Translations under genes and position numbers: made by a program
The notes under the pieces: model-generated
The model's database searches: none
What the model was told of the DNA's origin: nothing
The model's input: only the letters and a program-made list of their open reading frames with translations
Origin: Octopus vulgaris
Lineage: Eukaryota
Assembly: GCA_951406725.2 (NCBI GenBank)
Contig: OX597820.1
Coordinates: 78,492,001-78,556,000 of the forward strand
Direction: 5' to 3'
Length of the DNA stretch: 64,000 bases
Part shown: piece after piece, positions 1-15,372 of the stretch
How positions within the stretch are numbered: the stretch's first letter is position 1
Layout of the letters: each line of letters opens with the position of its first letter

Positions 1-549
1 ATATATATGTATATATGCATATATATATATATACACATATATGTGTATGTATGCATATGTATATGTATATGAATGTATACGCATATGTATCAATATAAAT
101 ATGTAAATGTATATACATATAGATGTATATACTTGTATCCATGTATGCAATAAAATATATATTTATATGTATATATAATAAACACATATATGTATATACA
201 CATACATGCGCATACGATACATTTACGGTGAGAGAGAGAGAGAAAGAGAGATGAAGGGTAAGTGAGAGGCAAATGAAGAGGGATGAAATTAAAGATACAT
301 TCGACATCTATTAATTGCTTATGTAAATATATTCATGTACGAGTGTGTGTGTGTGTGAGTGTATTACCATACATTCGATACGTGCTTACATATATTGTAT
401 ATATTTAGGAGCACACATATAAATATGTAAATGATGTACAATACACATATATGTTTACATAAGTGAGGTTATCCTATTATACACACGAAATCGATATGCT
501 TAGTATATGCGTGTAAAGAAATATCCATTTGTATATACATATACGTATG

Positions 550-619
<70 letters not shown>

Positions 620-1213
620 TATATTTATATATACATACATATATATATATACATAAATACATGCATACAAATGAGTGAAGATATATGCATATATATATAT
701 AAATATATATATATGCATGTCTGTTCATGTATGAGTGTATATATTAATATATGTGTGTGTGTGTGTAAACTGACAGGATAAAAACTGTGTTAGTAAGGTT
801 TACAGCTGTATGTTGTTGTGTGTAACATGTTCTTACCTTCTTCAGCGAATTAAATTATGGTTGCATATGCACACGTGTGTGTATGTGTCTGTGTGTGTGA
901 ATGTGTTTGTGTGTGTGTGGTGGGGGGGCCTGTTTGTGTGTGTATGTGTATGCGAGTGTATTTGAGTATATATGAGTGCGTATGTGTGTGCATGATTATA
1001 TAATAAACTGTAACATTTTTACTTTCATTGCGTATAAACACTTCTAATGAGTATCAAAATAATTGCTCATTATTCATGTTGTCTTTATTGCACAGCCTTA
1101 AACACATTTACATATTCAAGACACACTGCATTCATATATATGAGTGTGTGCATATATCTATACACATGAACATATGCATACACATACACTTATATACATA
1201 TATATATAAATAT

Positions 1214-1241
<28 letters not shown>

Positions 1242-1244
<3 letters not shown>

Positions 1245-1567
1245 CAAAATTAGAAAATGGAGAAACATACTTAAATCAATCAAACATCAACCATCAGATG
1301 ATACCCAATCAATACTTTATTACTGATTGATTGGGTATCATCTGATGGTTGATGTTTGATTAATTTAAGTATGTTTCTCCATTTTCTAATTTTGTATTAT
1401 TAATTTACGGTAATATTTTTACCCTTGCCCATATAATACAGTAGATGAATTAATTGCATGGCAATTTTTAACATTTATGTATTTGTCTTGTTGGGTACCT
1501 CTCTAGCAGTATATTGGATATATGTTATCCCATGGTGGGTTGAATTTTCAACCCCTATCTCATTTTA

Positions 1568-1571
<4 letters not shown>
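1242..1571. repeat. Hairpin-ended insert between (TA)n tracts: 72-bp inverted repeat (1242-1313 / 1326-1397) plus tail; probable PLE end remnant
   Basis: Arms are reverse complements with one mismatch and a 12-nt spacer; (TA)n on both sides. Confidence 0.6.
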
Positions 1572-1660
<89 letters not shown>

Positions 1661-2009
1661 GAGTGTGAGTGTGTGTGTGTGTGCGCGTTTGTGTGTGCAT
1701 GTATGAATCTACAAACTAACATCTATACTTTAATGGTCCCGTACGACTTTGTAGTACGTGGATCTATTATAATCCGTTGACAAAGTATAAGTCCTGGAGT
1801 CGATTTGGTCGACTAAATGCGGTTCTCCAGCATGGCCGCAGTCAGATTACGGAAACAAAAGCATAAAATGAATATATAAATATATATATGTATACATATA
1901 TTTATATATATATATATATACCTATACATATATACACACATATATATATATAAATATATATATATACATACATACATACATATATATACATATATATACA
2001 TATATATAC

Positions 2010-2109
<100 letters not shown>

Positions 2110-2112
2110 GTA

Positions 2113-2323
2113 TACTCTTTACTCTTTTACTTGTTCCAGTCAGTTGACTGCGGCCATGCTTCAGCACCGCCTTTAGTCGAGCAACTCGACCCCGGGACTT
2201 ATTCTTTGTAAGCCCAGTACTTATCTTATCGGTCTCTTTGCCGAACCGCTAAGTGACGGGGACATAAAAACACCATCATCGGTTGTCAAGCAATGCTAGG
2301 GGTACAAACACACACACAAACAT

Positions 2324-2386
<63 letters not shown>

Positions 2387-2557
2387 CATACATACGACGG
2401 GCTTCTTTCAGTTTCCGTGTACCAAATCCACTTACAAGGCTTTGGTCGGCCTGAGGCTATAGTAGAAGACACTTGCCCAAGGTGCCACGCAGTGGGACTG
2501 AACCCGGAACCATGTGGCTGGTAATCAAGCTACTTACCACACACCCACTCCTGCGCC
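2113..2557 (-). mobile_element. tRNA-derived SINE, family A (dominant family), full length
   Basis: Reverse complement reads ggcgcaggagtgggtgtgtggtaag...ggttccgggttcagtccc (A/B-box-like head), internal TA/CA microsatellite and an (aaaagagt)n tail; many copies in the window. Confidence 0.85.
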
Positions 2558-2613
2558 TATATGTATGTATATATATATATGTTTGTATATATGGATATAT
2601 ATATTTACATATA

Positions 2614-2690
<77 letters not shown>

Positions 2691-2830
2691 CATTCATGTG
2701 TGTGTTTGTGTGCATTTACAGATGCATATACATATACATATACATATGTATATATATATACATATATATATGTATATATGTATATATATATATATATATA
2801 TATTTATTTATTTATGTATATATATATAAA

Positions 2831-2866
<36 letters not shown>

Positions 2867-3243
2867 TGTATGTATGTATGTGTGTATGTATGTATGTATG
2901 TATCCAACTAATCAGACTATGCATAGAATACCCACACATATTCTTTATTCTCGCATAATACTTTAATACTAGCTGCAACGCCTGAATATATGAATAAATT
3001 TACGAGTGCCAAATATATAGATTTTGTGAACGCAAAAACTTTTAATATCCAAAACAGCCATTAATTTATTCTTTGCTGTAACAAAATGTCTCCCCACCCA
3101 TCCTTTCCCATAGGTAAAAGCAAACACGCACACGTACATGTGTAAAGTTATATAGACACATATATAAATAAATGTATGTGTTCGTGTATGTATATATACA
3201 TACATGTTATACATAAGTATATATGTATATATATGTATACATA

Positions 3244-3288
<45 letters not shown>

Positions 3289-3346
3289 AGATATATTATA
3301 TCTATACATATTACATGTATATATACATATATGTTATACATAAGTA

Positions 3347-3415
<69 letters not shown>

Positions 3416-3529
3416 AGATATATTATGTATGTATAATATTTCAAGTATGTATGCTCGGGGGTATGTACATAAGTGTACTTACTTTAATATACTGATATAT
3501 ATGTTAATGTATGTAGATAGATTGATAGA

Positions 3530-3584
<55 letters not shown>

Positions 3585-3623
3585 GAGAGGGAGACTGGCT
3601 AACAGACAAACAGACAGACAGAC

Positions 3624-3706
<83 letters not shown>

Positions 3707-4156
3707 CAGACAAATAGATATATCCCTTTATTTGTTAATATGACAATAAGTCATACATTTACAAATGACAGTGTATTTGATGTCAGACGTAAATATTTAC
3801 GAACTAGAAAGGGCTCTTTTTTTTCTCTTTAGTTTCTTTATTTCTGTATTTGCGACATTACACATGAAACTATTATAGTCAAGAACTTTTTTTGTAAACG
3901 CAACAACCAATTAGGCGATATTTCATCGAAATATCAACATTTACCGTTGCAATAATGTATCAGAATGTCTATATATACATATATATATATATATATATTG
4001 AAATATAGCTCGGTTCTTTAATGTTCTATCGGTTTCTAATATCATTTATCTTCATTTCGCAAGAAACTTCAACAAAGCAGAAATAGGTATTTTATGTTTT
4101 ATGCGACTTGAAGTGTCTATAATCTATTAAATATATGTATATATATGTATGTGTAC

Positions 4157-4215
<59 letters not shown>

Positions 4216-4651
4216 AGTATGTATATGTGTTTTATATGAGCCTATGGTACTTTTATATTTTCTAAACACATAAACTTTTTATTTGGATTGTACTGTATAC
4301 CATCCTTTACAATTCTTGGATATTAAAATTTGTGTTATGGCTTCTTTTATTTATAAACTCTTCAGAATAAATTGACAAGTTTTACTTTTAAATCTTGCGA
4401 TTTTGTTTAATTTCTCTTAATACCAATCAAATCCATCTTCAGTGTATTCGTATGATGTTTTGAAATTTATATATATTTAATAGGTTAGTCTGTGTGCATA
4501 GTGATGTACCTATGTGTACGTGTGCGTGTATGTGTGTATGTGTGTGTGTGCGTGTGCGTGCGTGTATGTCCGTGTTTTGGTTGACAATTCGAGAAAATAA
4601 ACGTATTTCTGAATTAAATAATGCTGTTATTGAATTAAATAATACTGTTAT

Positions 4652-4935
4652 AGGCGCAGGAGTGTCTGTGTAGTAAGTAGCTTGCTTACGAACCACATGG
4701 TTCCGGGTTCAGTCCTACTGCGTGTCACATTGGGCAAGTGCCTTCTACTATAGCCTCGGGCCGACCAAAGCTTTCTGAGTGGATTTGGTAGACGGAAACT
4801 GAAAGAGGCCCGTCGTATATGTGTATATGTATATATGCATGTGTGTGTGTTTGTGTGTCTGAGCCCCCCCCCTCCCCTCAACATCGCTTGACAATCGATG
4901 CTGGTGTATTTATGTCCTCGTAACTTAACTATTCT
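4652..4935 (+). mobile_element. SINE family A, 3' truncated
   Basis: ggcgcaggagtgtctgtgtagtaagtagcttgc...ggttccgggttcagtcc head and family A body. Confidence 0.8.
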
Positions 4936-5282
4936 GCCTATATATCTGTGCACACTTTCCTATACTGTGTATACCATTAGGTTTACAAATCTAACGGATG
5001 CCTCGAAAGACTCTTTAGGATCCATTAAGATCAGAACTTAACTGCAGCTCTTGGTGGTCCAAATTGGTTATGGATTCTATATGGGTGTCTTTTCAATACA
5101 TTGTCTGGTTTAAAAAGCCACATCAGACATCATACTTTATCTAAAGTGAAGTTTCAAGCGGTGGTCAGACTCTGCATAAGGAGTAGGCAACCACCATGTA
5201 TGCATGTATGCATGTATGTATGTATGTATGTATGTATGTATGTATGTATGTATGTATGTATATATGTATATATGAGAGATTA

Positions 5283-6150
5283 ACATCAAGATGAAGGAGT
5301 TATTCGACGTCAACCCTCGTTATGCGACTTGAATGATTGCAATGTTCTCCAAATATCCAAAATGGTTGTTGAAAACTATTTGTATTAACTTGGTTACATT
5401 AGTAGGCTCTTTGTTTGGGTCCCGTATCAATTGAAAGAAGATGATGTCGCCCAATGGATTTCTACCTACGATTCTTTGCAGAAACATGAATGAAATAATC
5501 TTTTCTGAGATAATTGGTGGTAGGTTACAAAAACGGATCGTTAATAATAATGTAAAGAGCAAACAGCCATGTGAGAAGAGCTGCAAACCACCACAAACAA
5601 TCTCCAACGCAGGACTTCATCCGAAGAAGGTTATGTTTCAATTTAGTGGAATTAGAAGAGTGTTGACTTTTACGAGCTTCTTGCCACGGACAGTTCTATC
5701 AATTACTGCGACCAGCTGGAAAATTAAATGCAGCGATCCACCAGAAAATTGCTAATCGTACAGGTATTCATTGTCTTTCATCGCAACAAAGCCAGACCGC
5801 ACACTTCTATGAAGACGCAGCAGAAACTACAGGAATTTGGGTAAGCAGTTTTCTGGCACCCTCCATATGCGCCCGACCCTGAACCATCAGGTTTCCACTT
5901 ATTTCGGTCTCTTCAAAGTTCATTGAATGGACAGGCCTTTAACTCTGAAGAGGATATAAAAGATTTTCATGGAAGCGCTTTTCATAAGTAAAGAGATGAA
6001 ATTCTTTGGGCAGGAAGTAATGGCTTTGCCCCCAAGAGACATATCGGAACAAAACGAAAATAATATCATTGATTAAATAAATCACTTCGTGTTTAAAACT
6101 TGTGTCTTATTTTCGGTTAAAAATTAGACGAAATTTTTGGCCAATATAAC
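5283..6150 (+). pseudogene. Degenerate mariner (Tc1/mariner) transposase remnant
   Basis: Translates GLHPKKVM (about 5610-5635) and HPPYAPDPEPSGFHLFRSLQ (about 5855-5915, YSPDL-like motif); many stops and frameshifts. Confidence 0.8.
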
Positions 6151-6269
6151 CAAAATACGATAGCTTTTTGTACTTCATTCTCAACGATACTTGTAATTAA
6201 ACTTTAGGTGTTTTTGGATATTTAGGTATGTTTTACGAATAAAAACAATATCCCCAGCTCTCAACTCCC

Positions 6270-7150
6270 ATTCTTGGTGATGCTGCACGTATAGTGAACT
6301 TTATCAAATCTAGTTTTATAAACATAAGGATATTGCGTTTGTTGTGTTCAAAATTCAATGCTGAAGACGAGGCATTTTAATTTCACATGGTTGTGAGAAG
6401 GCTTTCCAAGAGGAAGTGTTATGGTTGTCGAAGTTTCAATGATGATGAATGAACTGGATGAATTCTTTCGGAGAATGAATCTGACACCAATCAGGCTTGC
6501 AGGTAAAATTCCTGATAATAAATAGACTGTAAAGCTAATTTAACTGGATGATATTTTCTTTTGGCTAACTACAGTCAATAAGGAATTTCAAGGCAATCTA
6601 GTTAGAATTATAGACTTCGAAATCCGGAATTTAAAAATAAAACTTACGAAACTTTAATTGTGGAATGAAAAACAGAAAGCAGTTTGTGAAAACGCTTTTG
6701 AGACTTGGAGAAAAAGTCTTATACTGCTGGAAGCAGAGAACATCAGAAAAGTCACTGTGCTAGCCCAGAAGCATTTTGCTTTGCTGTGTAAGGAATTATA
6801 TTCCTATTTGCGTCGGATTAGTAACTAGGGATATCAACTAATTCGAATTTTTTATATATTTAATCCCTGATCATTTCCAGACAATATGCTTGAAGAATTT
6901 GTAAAAAAAATACGTAAAGGATTCCATGACAAAAGAAAACTCTTGCTTAACAAAATTGCAGTGATCCATAGTAAAGTGTTACACAGTTGCGTCTAGAAAA
7001 TGTGTGAAGATTCTTTTGCAGGTCACATCCACTTATAGTTATAAAAACGGTTTTCAGTAATGTTCATTAACCAAAAACAAATTTCTTGTACGGCTGTCAG
7101 TTAAGAATGATATGCGAATGTGTCTCTCTGAAGCTGTACCTGAATAAGTA
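6270..7150 (+). pseudogene. Degenerate hAT (Buster/Charlie-type) transposase remnant
   Basis: DAARIVNFIKS resembles Buster ...IVNFIK; a decayed H..VRWLSRG-like motif lies near 6385-6415 and a DMR.CLS C-terminus near 7110. Confidence 0.55.
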
Positions 7151-7567
7151 AATCATTAGAAAGTAGCACGCTAAACAATTTCAATAATAAGTGCAGTATT
7201 ACATTCAGTGAAGATGTTTTCTCAGTCAAGCACAACGGAGGAAGCAGTCAGGTATGTAGACTCCAATAATTCACTCGTACTTTATTCCAACGACTCCGAA
7301 AATTTTAAACACAAACATGACCAGGGCATGATTGGGCCTCTTATATACAAGTAAATTCATTGATTAACAAATGATACATGCCTATATATATATCATTCTA
7401 TGGCATCCAACAATTTTACACCCTATTCGTCACCTGGAGTACGAACACTATGAAAATGTACGTCAGAAGAAAAGGGTTTGTCTCTTCACGGCCACAGAAT
7501 TGTTGTCAGCCGAGACTGTCTGAAATAGTACGACGTCTCAAACCGTTCAGCAGGTAGACGTCCAGAA

Positions 7568-7766
7568 TTTTACTCTTTTACTTGTTTCAGTCATTTGACT
7601 TTGGACATGCTGGAGCACCGTCTTTTAGTCGAGCAAAGTGACCCTAGGACTTATTCTTTGTAGGCCTAGTACTTATTCTATCGGTCTCTTCGTAAACACA
7701 CCAGCATCGGTTTTCAACGATATTGGGGGGACAATCACAGACACACAAACATATACACACACACAT

Positions 7767-7823
<57 letters not shown>

Positions 7824-7832
7824 ATATATATA

Positions 7833-7891
<59 letters not shown>

Positions 7892-8053
7892 TACGACAGG
7901 CTTCTTTCAGTTTCCGTCTACAAAATCCACTCACAAGTCTTTGGTCGGCCCAAGGCTATAGTAGAAGACACTTGCCCAAGGTGCGCAGTGAGACTGAACC
8001 CGAAACCATGTGGTTCGTAAGCAAGCTACTTACCACACAGCCATTCCTACGCC
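7568..8053 (-). mobile_element. SINE family A
   Basis: Tail, body, CA/TA tract and head match the copy at 2113-2557. Confidence 0.8.
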
Positions 8054-8151
8054 TAAGATGTTTGGAGGACAGATTCGGCTTTCAACCGTACTTGATATGA
8101 AAAACGATGCCTTCAATCGATCATTAACAATACACAACGTTCTTCTAAATG

Positions 8152-8465
8152 GGCGCAGATATGTCTTTGTGGTTAAGCTCGCATTGCAACCACGTGGTTT
8201 CGGGTTCAGTTCCACTGCGCGTTACTAAGGGTAAATGTCTTTTACTATAATTCCGGTCCGACAAATATCTTGTGAGTGAATTTGTTAAACGAAACTTAGT
8301 GGAATCTCGTCGTATGTGTTCGTGTGCCTGTGTTTGTTTTCCACCATTGCTTTAAAATTGACAATAATCTGTTTCTATTTTCATAACTTAGCAATTCGGC
8401 AAAAGATATCGAGGAAATAAGTAGCAGACTTGCAATAATTATGGGGTCGATTTGTTTCTTTAACC
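8152..8465 (+). mobile_element. SINE family A, diverged copy
   Basis: ggcgcagatatgtctttgtggttaag...ggtttcgggttcagttcc head and degraded body. Confidence 0.65.
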
Positions 8466-8552
8466 TCTTCAGGGAAGAAATAAGAATATGATAAAATACA
8501 AATCTTGGTTATGGCGACAGCGGTTTAATTGTGGAACAAGTCTGAATATACT

Positions 8553-8650
8553 GAGGAAGAGAGAATGGTGAGAGTAAGAGAGAATGGTAGGAGGAAGAGA
8601 GAATGGTAAGAAGAAGAGAGAATGGTAAGAGGAAGAGAGAATGGTAAGGG
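8553..8650 (+). repeat. Minisatellite, about 16-20-bp unit containing aagagagaatggt
   Basis: About five direct copies of aagagagaatggt. Confidence 0.8.
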
Positions 8651-10154
8651 GAAGTCCTGCTGGAATATTGATTGGAGGCTGAAGAATAATCCGGGTGAAT
8701 ATGTCAAAGAGCACTTTCCCTCGGTAGAAAGAGTGGGCTGCGATATAAGAGTTCCCCAGGCGACCCCACCGGAAATGATGTCTCTTTATCAGAAAGTTCC
8801 AATACCTTTACACTTTACTGTGTCCGAAGTATTTCTTGCCTTCTTTTGTAATGAAATGCACAGCGTCGTCTTTCGCTCTTGTGACAGACACAGTTTGTTT
8901 TCGTTTTTGTTTTGTTTTGTTTTGGGGGTTTCTTTTCCGTGTTATTCAGTTCCGGTTCATCTCTGATCAAGCGAACATGTTATGAAAGCGTGACCATACC
9001 ATTTATTTTACGAAAATGCTTTGAATTCTATATTATCCAATGAAAGTGTCCTACGTGTTTTGTTTTTTTTATGCTAAGTTACGGTTCCAAAGGAAATTTT
9101 GATTCTTACTACTTGAACGTCTTGTTATCTTCAAGAAATAACGGTTGGAGTTCCATCGCTCAAACATGGAGTACTTATATACAGCAAAACTGGGCTGAAG
9201 CGCTGATAGTTACGTCACATAGCCATAGTCCCATAGTCCTATAGTTCCAATGTGTTGCTAATGACTTTATACGAAACTTCTTCCAAAAATAAAAGTGAAG
9301 GATGTATATTTATGGACTTTAATCAAAATCTTTATAATTAAATCTGAACATTGGAAAGCCGATCGAGTTTTACCAAGATTATAAAATGCAACTAAAAAAC
9401 TACAAGTCCTCTAATTTTGAGGCTTATTTTTGCTTTTCTTCTTTAAATATTTTCTTTAAAAAATCTGTTTAATACAATTAAATTTAAAGATTTTCATATC
9501 ATCTAATTTCCTTCATTTTATTCTTTCTTTTGGTATTTCTATCAGTATTTTGCTATTTCATTCGTTTATATGTTGTGTTTTCTTTCCTTGCTCAATATTT
9601 TTGCTTTTAATTTTCTTTGACTCAAGACGCTGTCATGATTAAAACAACAGAGAACTGCCAACGTAATTAAAATAACAGCCGTGATTAAATTCGTTGAATA
9701 ATTCGACAATATTTATAGTTAGTTTCTGAAGATGTAACGTAAATATAATTACATTACACAGACACATTTATGGATATAGTTTGCAGAAATGTGTTTAAAG
9801 AGCAGAATTGAAAGACAAATGGCTGCACCGACTGACTAAAGACAAACGAAACTAACCAGGAAAATAACCGCCATTTTGTTTGCCACATTTTATTTTAAAC
9901 ATGTTTCATTATATATCACAACTTGTGAGCAGTTGCATCATTAGTTAAATTTTCAATGCGTCAATCACTGTTTCACTGCATCTCTGATGGAACCGAGAGA
10001 ATAAAGTTTCTAACCCGGTACAGAACAAATCACTCGAGAAATTTCCATTGTAAAGAATTCGTTTTGTCGTTAAGTTCTGACGACTATAAATATACACAGA
10101 TATGTATGCGAGGTATGTGTGTGTATATGTATTCACATGCGTATGATTACATAT

Positions 10155-10890
<736 letters not shown>

Positions 10891-11204
10891 ATATATAATA
10901 TATTCTAGATGCTTTAATTTAAATTGAATTGATAAAAGGTGGTTTTTGCTGATTTATATATAGATATATATATATAAAGGGATTTATATGATTGTGTATA
11001 GAGGGTTATATATTATTCAAAGGATTTCCAACTCTGTTTTATTTATATTGTTTATAATATTAATGTAGAATATAGAATATATAGTATAAATAGTATATAT
11101 AGTATGAAATCAAATGAAGTATCTGCTGGATGCTGTCATCGCCGTTGATGCGTAGTCAGAAGCAAAGTAAGTACGAAATGCACCGTGCACGGAAAGGAAT
11201 AACT

Positions 11205-11385
11205 TCTACTTTTATTCTTTTATTCTTTTGTTCATTTACTTGTTTCTGTCATTTGACTTCGGCCATACTGGAGCACAACCTTTAGTCGAACAAATCGACC
11301 ACCAGGACATATTCTTTGTAAGCCTAGAACTTATTCTATCGGTTTCTTTTGTCAAACGATGATGGGGGACAAACACATATATATA

Positions 11386-11419
<34 letters not shown>

Positions 11420-11703
11420 AATGTATGTATGTATGTATGCATGTATGTATGTATGTATGTATGTATGTATGTATGTATGTATGTATGTATGTATGTATGT
11501 ATGTATGTATGTATGTATGTATGTATGTATGTATGTATGTATGTATGTATGTATGTATGTATGTATGTGCGTGTGTGTGTGCGTGTGTATATGTGTTTGT
11601 CCCCCATCATCGTTTGACAAAAGAAACTGATAGAATAATTTCTAGGCTTACAAAGAATAAGTCCTGGCGTGAATTGGCAGATGGAAATTGAAAGAAGCCC
11701 GTC

Positions 11704-11761
<58 letters not shown>

Positions 11762-11945
11762 GTTTCAGCCATTAGACTGCCGCCATGCTGGGGCACTGTT
11801 TTGAAGAATTTTGGTCAACCGAAAGGACTCTAGTATTCATTCTTTTAACCCCGATATTTTATTGGTTCGGCAACTATATTACGTGGACGTAAATGCACGA
11901 ACACTGATTGTCAAGTGATGGTGGGGAACACAGTGACACGGAAAC
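11205..11945. mobile_element. Cluster of rearranged SINE family A fragments around (TATG)n and (TA)n tracts
   Basis: Family A 3' segments in both orientations: 11205-11385 (-), 11590-11705 (+), 11760-11945 (-). Confidence 0.65.
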
Positions 11946-12820
11946 ACATATACACATGCAGCAATTTCGAGGAAACGGTGTAAGGCAGTTACCAGGACTG
12001 TACTATCATTTATAGACAACTGTATCAGTGCCATCTTCGTCTCCTGCAAAAACCAAACACTTTCATCTCATTTGCCAACTCCTCTGCCCTTCCATTGAAT
12101 TCACCAAACACACCCCAGAAACCACCATTAACGTCAAGACTTTATCAACCGCTCAGCCTCATTCTTACCACAACCACTTCCTGCAAGCACACCGCCTCCT
12201 ACTCCTGTCCTGATTTGTCCTTCTTTCCCCTTTCCTACACCAAGCAGGTTAACCCTTTTTCCCAAATTCATCCTGCTCTTCTCTCTGTGCAGTTATGACC
12301 TGGGATTTGAGACCAGTCACAAAAATGGACTAACTCGTCATTCGACATGAATACCACGCGCTCTAATCCAGAATACTCCAATCGGAGCTCACCAAATCGA
12401 GCGCAACTCTGCCTTCTCGCATAGTACCCCAGTCTCACTCAAAACTGCATTCTCTTTCCTCTTCTTTTCCCTCTACCCTATCTTTTTCTCGTAAGATCCT
12501 ACGCTCTCTCACCTCGTCCTGTTAAAACCTACCGTACTTCTCTCTTCCTTAATACAACCTTCCACACACTTGCCCGTAGCTGGCTTCTTTTTCCAACTCT
12601 CCTGGATTCTATTTTTGCTTCCACTCCCATTCTCACAGCTGCCCGTTCCTCACTTTCACCTTCTCCCTCACATGACGCAACCACCGCATCTTCAATCATT
12701 CTGATTCCTTCCCTCATACATCTACCGGTGTCCTATACTGTTTAAATGCTTCTTCTGCGATATCTTGTACATCGGTCAAACCGTTCAGACACCGGCTAGA
12801 CATCTATAAAGCATATAGAC

Positions 12821-13176
12821 CAGTGCTTCTCAACCAGGGTCCTTATAACTTTTTTTGTTGGGTCTACGTAAGCAAAATGATAAATTGGGGATTTACGGTA
12901 GTATTTTAGGGGTCCATGAAACAATTTTGCCTTAGATATATTTATTGCAAGAAGCATTTATATTTTCTTTCTGTAATACTTAGCTTAGTTCAACATGTCT
13001 CCAACAACTGAGACGTTCTCTCAGCGAGTACTTTTGTAAACCTAAACATGTGAACATGTGATAAAGAAAATAGGGATTTTGAAAGAAATATCTGTGAACT
13101 GAATAGCTATGGGGCAGGGTCCACCACAGTAAAACGATAATCAAAGATGTTCATAAAGAATGGTTGAGAACCACTG
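12821..13176. mobile_element. hAT (Charlie/Buster-type) MITE
   Basis: TIRs cagtgcttctcaacca / tggttgagaaccactg; imperfect 8-bp TSD atatagac / atgtagat. Confidence 0.75.
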
Positions 13177-13459
13177 ATGTAGATTAATACCATGCTTTTC
13201 TCACTGGAATTGCTTATTTTCTATTATCTTCTTCCTTTTCCACTTTCTCCTGGTCTTTCTCGTATTTTTCCACAGGCTAAAAAAAGGCAATGTCCAAAAT
13301 GTAATGGTGATTGATTATTTCTCTTCTCTTTGGCGTCAACTGTGGATTTATTTCGTTATCTTCTTCTTTTTTGCATTTATGATGTTCTAGTTATTGTTCT
13401 TCGTCATATTTCTGCGCACATAATCACGCCCATACACACACACATACATATACAAATAA

Positions 13460-13498
<39 letters not shown>

Positions 13499-14171
13499 GT
13501 GAATGAATTATCCTATGTTTATCGTCAGCATGGAAAATTCGTTGAACCGAAACCTGGGTACCAAATTCACGTCAGAAACACGGTTGAAGCGACTTGTCCA
13601 AGGGTAGAAACTCCGGGTTCATGTGCAGAAATTTGTGTGTTGTATATGAATAAATGAAAGAATGGAGTCGAACGAAGATGTTAACAAAATTTACTCACGA
13701 CATATGTTTCGAAGACAACATGGTTTCATTCCAAAGGAATAAAGGGTGCATTATGCAATCTTCTCATAAGGAAAGTAAGGGAGCCTCTCTCGACAACAAG
13801 ACAAACAAAAATTTCGATGACTGCCTACATGGTAAACAAAACGATAATGAGTGTTTTTTTAAAAACCGTTAGATGAATTGACGTCAAAGATAGATAGTAG
13901 GAAGAGAAGGGTTAAAGGAATATTAGGTAGGGAACATGTGGAGAGGGAAGGGTACGTTGATTGAAAGAATGTTCGAAGGCTTAGGAAAGAATTTCGCTAT
14001 TGAAGTGGAAACCACAGTGACTATCGTTATCCTTTATATGAGTAGAAAGTATGTTTCTACCAGTGTTTACATTTGTATGATTTTTCTATGAGTGTGTTTA
14101 CAAGGGGAACCTTAGAGAAGAGAATATGGAAGAGTTCAGAGTTGCAAATGTTACAAAATCTCCTGCCCTTA

Positions 14172-15290
14172 TCAAAAGGAAAGGATAGACAGTATGAACC
14201 AATCTAACTTGAAATATATATTGTTGTCTTTAAGACGCCAAACTAATTTACTAAGCCCTGTACTATGTCGTTTTTTACTATCCCTGAATGTTGAATAATG
14301 GTTTGAAATTCTCTTGGATAACTGAGAAGTGGACGCTCCTATATAGAAGAAGACATCGGTACCGGAAGAAATTCTACACTGGTAAATAGAATTCTTCATC
14401 TTAGAATTACTAGACAAAAATTTAATTCTGTTGGGGTTGTCCTCCGAGATCGAAACGAAGTTTTTATTGCTATGATTGTTGTTACTATTATTATTAGCGC
14501 CAACAACTACACTATTTCTATTATTATTAGTATTATTAATGGTAATACAACCAGTAATACCACCGACAATAATACCGTTATTGTTATTACCATCAACATT
14601 ACCATTGTTATTAACACGACTAATACTATTATTAATATTATCATTGTTAACACTTTCGCTGCTACCAATGCTGTTACTTCTAATACTATTCCTATTATTA
14701 TGATTGTATGATGGGTTGGAATTAGCAAGATTAGTGTTGGAACTCCCGGGTGAAGAATCTTTGTTTAGCAGCTTGGTATTGTGAGAAGATATAATTTGTG
14801 AAAGATTTCTAGTGTTAGAGAAAGCGATTCTAACTATGTGGGAATTGATAATAGAATGATATCTAGAATTTCTGGGAAAGTTCCTAGCAACGGCTTCACG
14901 GAACTGTAAGGGAAGGTTCGATTTAATTTGTTTTCCGAAAGGTATTACGAACCAGATACAGTTTTTTGTGGCCTTTGAATTGTACTTAGTGTTATTTGTG
15001 ATAGTAAGGGGAAATTTTCTGGGTTGGAAATTTGGGGTTGAATGGCGCTTACCTCCCCTAGTCCGTAAAGAATTTATTTTATGTACAGGGTTGCTGGCAC
15101 TATTAGAATTGAAATCATTATTCTTCTTACGAGTAACTTTTCTATCTGGAGAAGCAGATGTTGGTTTAGAATGAGCTGAATCGATGTATGACACTTTCTC
15201 CTTATAACCGGCTTTTAACAAGGCGGCGTTATAGAAGTCTGCCTTTTGGTTAAAGATGTCGACATTGGCAGATAATTTAGACAGTCTCAA
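14172..15290 (-). CDS. PLE thumb/linker plus GIY-YIG endonuclease, with an Asn-rich insertion
   Basis: 372-aa ORF ending in a GIY-YIG domain; separated from the RT by a frame break. Confidence 0.7.
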   Translation of the reverse strand: MRLSKLSANVDIFNQKADFYNAALLKAGYKEKVSYIDSAHSKPTSASPDRKVTRKKNNDFNSNSASNPVHKINSLRTRGGKRHSTPNFQPRKFPLTITNNTKYNSKATKNCIWFVIPFGKQIKSNLPLQFREAVARNFPRNSRYHSIINSHIVRIAFSNTRNLSQIISSHNTKLLNKDSSPGSSNTNLANSNPSYNHNNRNSIRSNSIGSSESVNNDNINNSISRVNNNGNVDGNNNNGIIVGGITGCITINNTNNNRNSVVVGANNNSNNNHSNKNFVSISEDNPNRIKFLSSNSKMKNSIYQCRISSGTDVFFYIGASTSQLSKRISNHYSTFRDSKKRHSTGLSKLVWRLKDNNIYFKLDWFILSILSF

Positions 15291-15372
15291 AGATATGTTT
15301 TTGACTAAATTATCGGTAACTGGCCTGGCATGATTACTGTAAATGCTAATATACTTAAGATTTGTGGAGGGT

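Noticed and set aside
8553-8650. CRISPR-like regular repeats (also 48500-48570)
   Set aside because: Simple minisatellites without unique spacers, in a eukaryotic context with no cas genes.
11960-12810. C-rich segment that might be a PLE 5' region
   Set aside because: Only a vague compositional resemblance; no diagnostic motif.
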